Source of the DNA: Polyangiales bacterium
GTDB taxonomy: Bacteria > Myxococcota_A > Polyangia > Polyangiales > Polyangiaceae
Assembly: GCA_038231275.1 (NCBI GenBank)
Contig: JBBRLQ010000062.1
Span: 1 to 17,217, forward strand
Reading direction: 5' to 3'
DNA: 17,217 bases
The notes under the pieces are model-generated. The model searched no databases and was not told the DNA's origin. It was given only the letters and a program-made list of their open reading frames with translations. Below are positions 15,681 through 17,217 of the stretch, in pieces. A program made the position numbers and the translations under genes. Every line of letters starts with the position of its first letter. Position 1 is the first letter of the stretch.

Positions 15681-16028
15681 CTACTTCGCCGTGACGGTGG
15701 GCACGCAGGTGCTCCACAGGCCGCTCTGCCGATCGCACGTGCGCTCGCCGCCGCAGAATTCGAAGTTGCCGAGCACCAGCTTCGTCGCGCTGCACGTGAT
15801 CTTCTCGCCGAGGTTGGTGCACGGGCACCCGTCGTTGGGCGACGCGCATTTGTCGGTGGCCGGACCGGTGCCCACCGGAACCGTGTAACCGGAGCTCCCA
15901 CTGCTGCTGCCGCTGCTGCCCGTGTGATCCGTATTGCCGCTGCAGCCGAACGCGATCAGCGCGACCGCCGCGGTGGGCAGCGCAAGACCGAATCCCAGGG
16001 CCGACAGGATCTTGCGGGCTCCGCTCAT
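15681..16028 (-). CDS. Small Cys-rich lipoprotein
   Basis: MSGARKILSALGFGLALPTAAVALIAFGC lipobox, a Ser/Gly linker, then a domain with 7 Cys (C..GCPC..C..CGGERTC..WSTC). The start could alternatively be 16046 or 16058. Confidence 0.75.
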   Translation of the reverse strand: MSGARKILSALGFGLALPTAAVALIAFGCSGNTDHTGSSGSSSGSSGYTVPVGTGPATDKCASPNDGCPCTNLGEKITCSATKLVLGNFEFCGGERTCDRQSGLWSTCVPTVTAK

Positions 16029-16115
16029 GGGCACCTTGAACGGCATGCGATCATCCATCTTTAGCTTTACCCCCTGACGTTGCCGCCCGCTTGGCTCATT
16101 TTCGCGTCTCCCTGT

Positions 16116-16155
16116 TTTTACCCATTCATGCCGCATTTTACCCATTCACGCCGTA
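16116..16155. repeat. 20-bp tandem direct repeat (probable regulator binding sites)
   Basis: TTTTACCCATTCATGCCGCA (16116-16135) and TTTTACCCATTCACGCCGTA (16136-16155), 18/20 identical, in an AT-richer intergenic region. Confidence 0.8.
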
Positions 16156-16245
16156 AAGGACGACTGTGAGGGAGCTCGGGTCGGGAGATGTCGGCAAGGC
16201 GCTCGCGAAGGGATTTTTGGCGAGTGAGAGAAGCACGGCCCGGGA

Positions 16246-17217
16246 TCAGTCGTCGATGATCACGAGCGGGGCCGCCGTCTTCGGCAGCGCCCCTACCCGC
16301 TTCTGCGCGGCCGCGAGCTCCTTCTTCGCGGCGATCAGATGGGCGCGCGCGAGCGGGAGCCACTTGTCCTGGGGATCGGAGCGCTCGGCGGCCTGGACGT
16401 AGCCCGTCCAGCGATCGACGGCGGAGCGCCAGACACGGAGCGCGGCGCGGGCGTCTGTGGCGGCGCGCGCTTCGGCCTGCGCGCCGAGCGCCGTGTACCA
16501 GAGTCGCTCGTGGCGCGGCTCGAAGAAGACGGTGCCGCTGAGGGTGTCGCCGATGACGCGCTGGCCGGGATCGAGCTGGTCCGCGAGCTTCGCTTCCCTC
16601 GCCGACGACGCCGGATCGCCGGAGCGATCGAGCGCGACCGCGAGGCCCCAGTACCCGAGGACCGCGGTGAGGTTGCCGCCGGGACCGGCCACGCGCGTCG
16701 AGACGTCGATCGCGTCGCGGTAGCCGGCGATGGCGTCGGCGAGGTTGCCGATGCGCATCTCTGCTTCGGCGAGGTTGAGCGTCGCGGTCGCGCGGGCGCC
16801 GTCCGTGGTCGCGCGCGCGAGGTAGCGCTTGTAGGCCTCGCGCTCGCCCTTCGGCTGATCGGTCTTCGCGTAGGCGTAGGCGAGATCGATGAGGGCGTCG
16901 GACGCGCCGGGATGCTCGGGGGCCTCGTCGACCGCGAGCTGGAGCACGTCGATGGCGCGCTGATGGCGATCGAGGCGCTCGTAGACCCGCCCGAGATCGA
17001 AGCGAAGGCGAACGTCGGGGCTGTGCTCCGCGCCGCCGGCCTCGAGGAGGGCGCGGGCTTGCTCGGCCGGTAAGCTGCGAAGGCGCGGGCTCTGCTCGCG
17101 TGGGGTGACGAGGAGCTGCGAGACGCGAACGTGCAGCTCCCAGCGCGCGCGTGCGCCGGGATCTTTCGCGAGATCCCACGCCGACGGCGGCGTATCGGCG
17201 CGCGCCGCGGAGGTACA
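16246..17217 (-). CDS. Secreted tetratricopeptide-repeat protein (5' end outside window)
   Basis: The frame of track ORF 16246..16947 stays open to the window edge: ...CTSAARA-DTPPSAWDLAKD (signal-peptidase-like AxA site), RFDLGRVYERLDRHQRAIDVL, then TPR units LAYAYAK, LNLAEAEMRIGNLADAIAGYRDA, YWGLAVALDR. Confidence 0.85.
   Translation of the reverse strand, partial: CTSAARADTPPSAWDLAKDPGARARWELHVRVSQLLVTPREQSPRLRSLPAEQARALLEAGGAEHSPDVRLRFDLGRVYERLDRHQRAIDVLQLAVDEAPEHPGASDALIDLAYAYAKTDQPKGEREAYKRYLARATTDGARATATLNLAEAEMRIGNLADAIAGYRDAIDVSTRVAGPGGNLTAVLGYWGLAVALDRSGDPASSAREAKLADQLDPGQRVIGDTLSGTVFFEPRHERLWYTALGAQAEARAATDARAALRVWRSAVDRWTGYVQAAERSDPQDKWLPLARAHLIAAKKELAAAQKRVGALPKTAAPLVIIDD

Noticed and set aside
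16116..16155. Direct repeat as CRISPR array or IS end
   Set aside because: Two adjacent copies with no spacer, and no cas or transposase genes.

Overview
GC-rich bacterial window whose gene style (Ser/Gly-rich Cys-containing lipoproteins, a MYXO-CTERM-like tail) suggests Myxococcota, probably Polyangiales (inference). From left to right it contains: (1) the 3' end of a Gly/Trp-rich ORF and a trypsin-like protease on +. (2) A minus-strand partial complex I operon, nuoA-B-C-D-G-H-I, with no nuoEF or nuoJ-N. It is followed by a translationally coupled, frameshifted putative diheme c-type cytochrome lipoprotein that the ORF track splits in two. (3) A TPR protein. (4) A tightly coupled minus-strand run of ecm (ethylmalonyl-CoA mutase), meaB, a TIGR02757-family gene and a lipoprotein, head-to-head with ccr across only 27 bp. 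(5) A small Cys-rich lipoprotein preceded by a 20-bp tandem direct repeat, and a secreted TPR protein running off the right edge. Most of the window is core metabolism, and I saw no mobile element, RNA gene or CRISPR array. The best leads are the nuoI-coupled diheme lipoprotein together with a Cys-rich NuoH insertion, an ethylmalonyl-CoA module whose Ccr carries a structural-Zn motif, and several cis-elements. All family calls come from motif recognition, not database searches.
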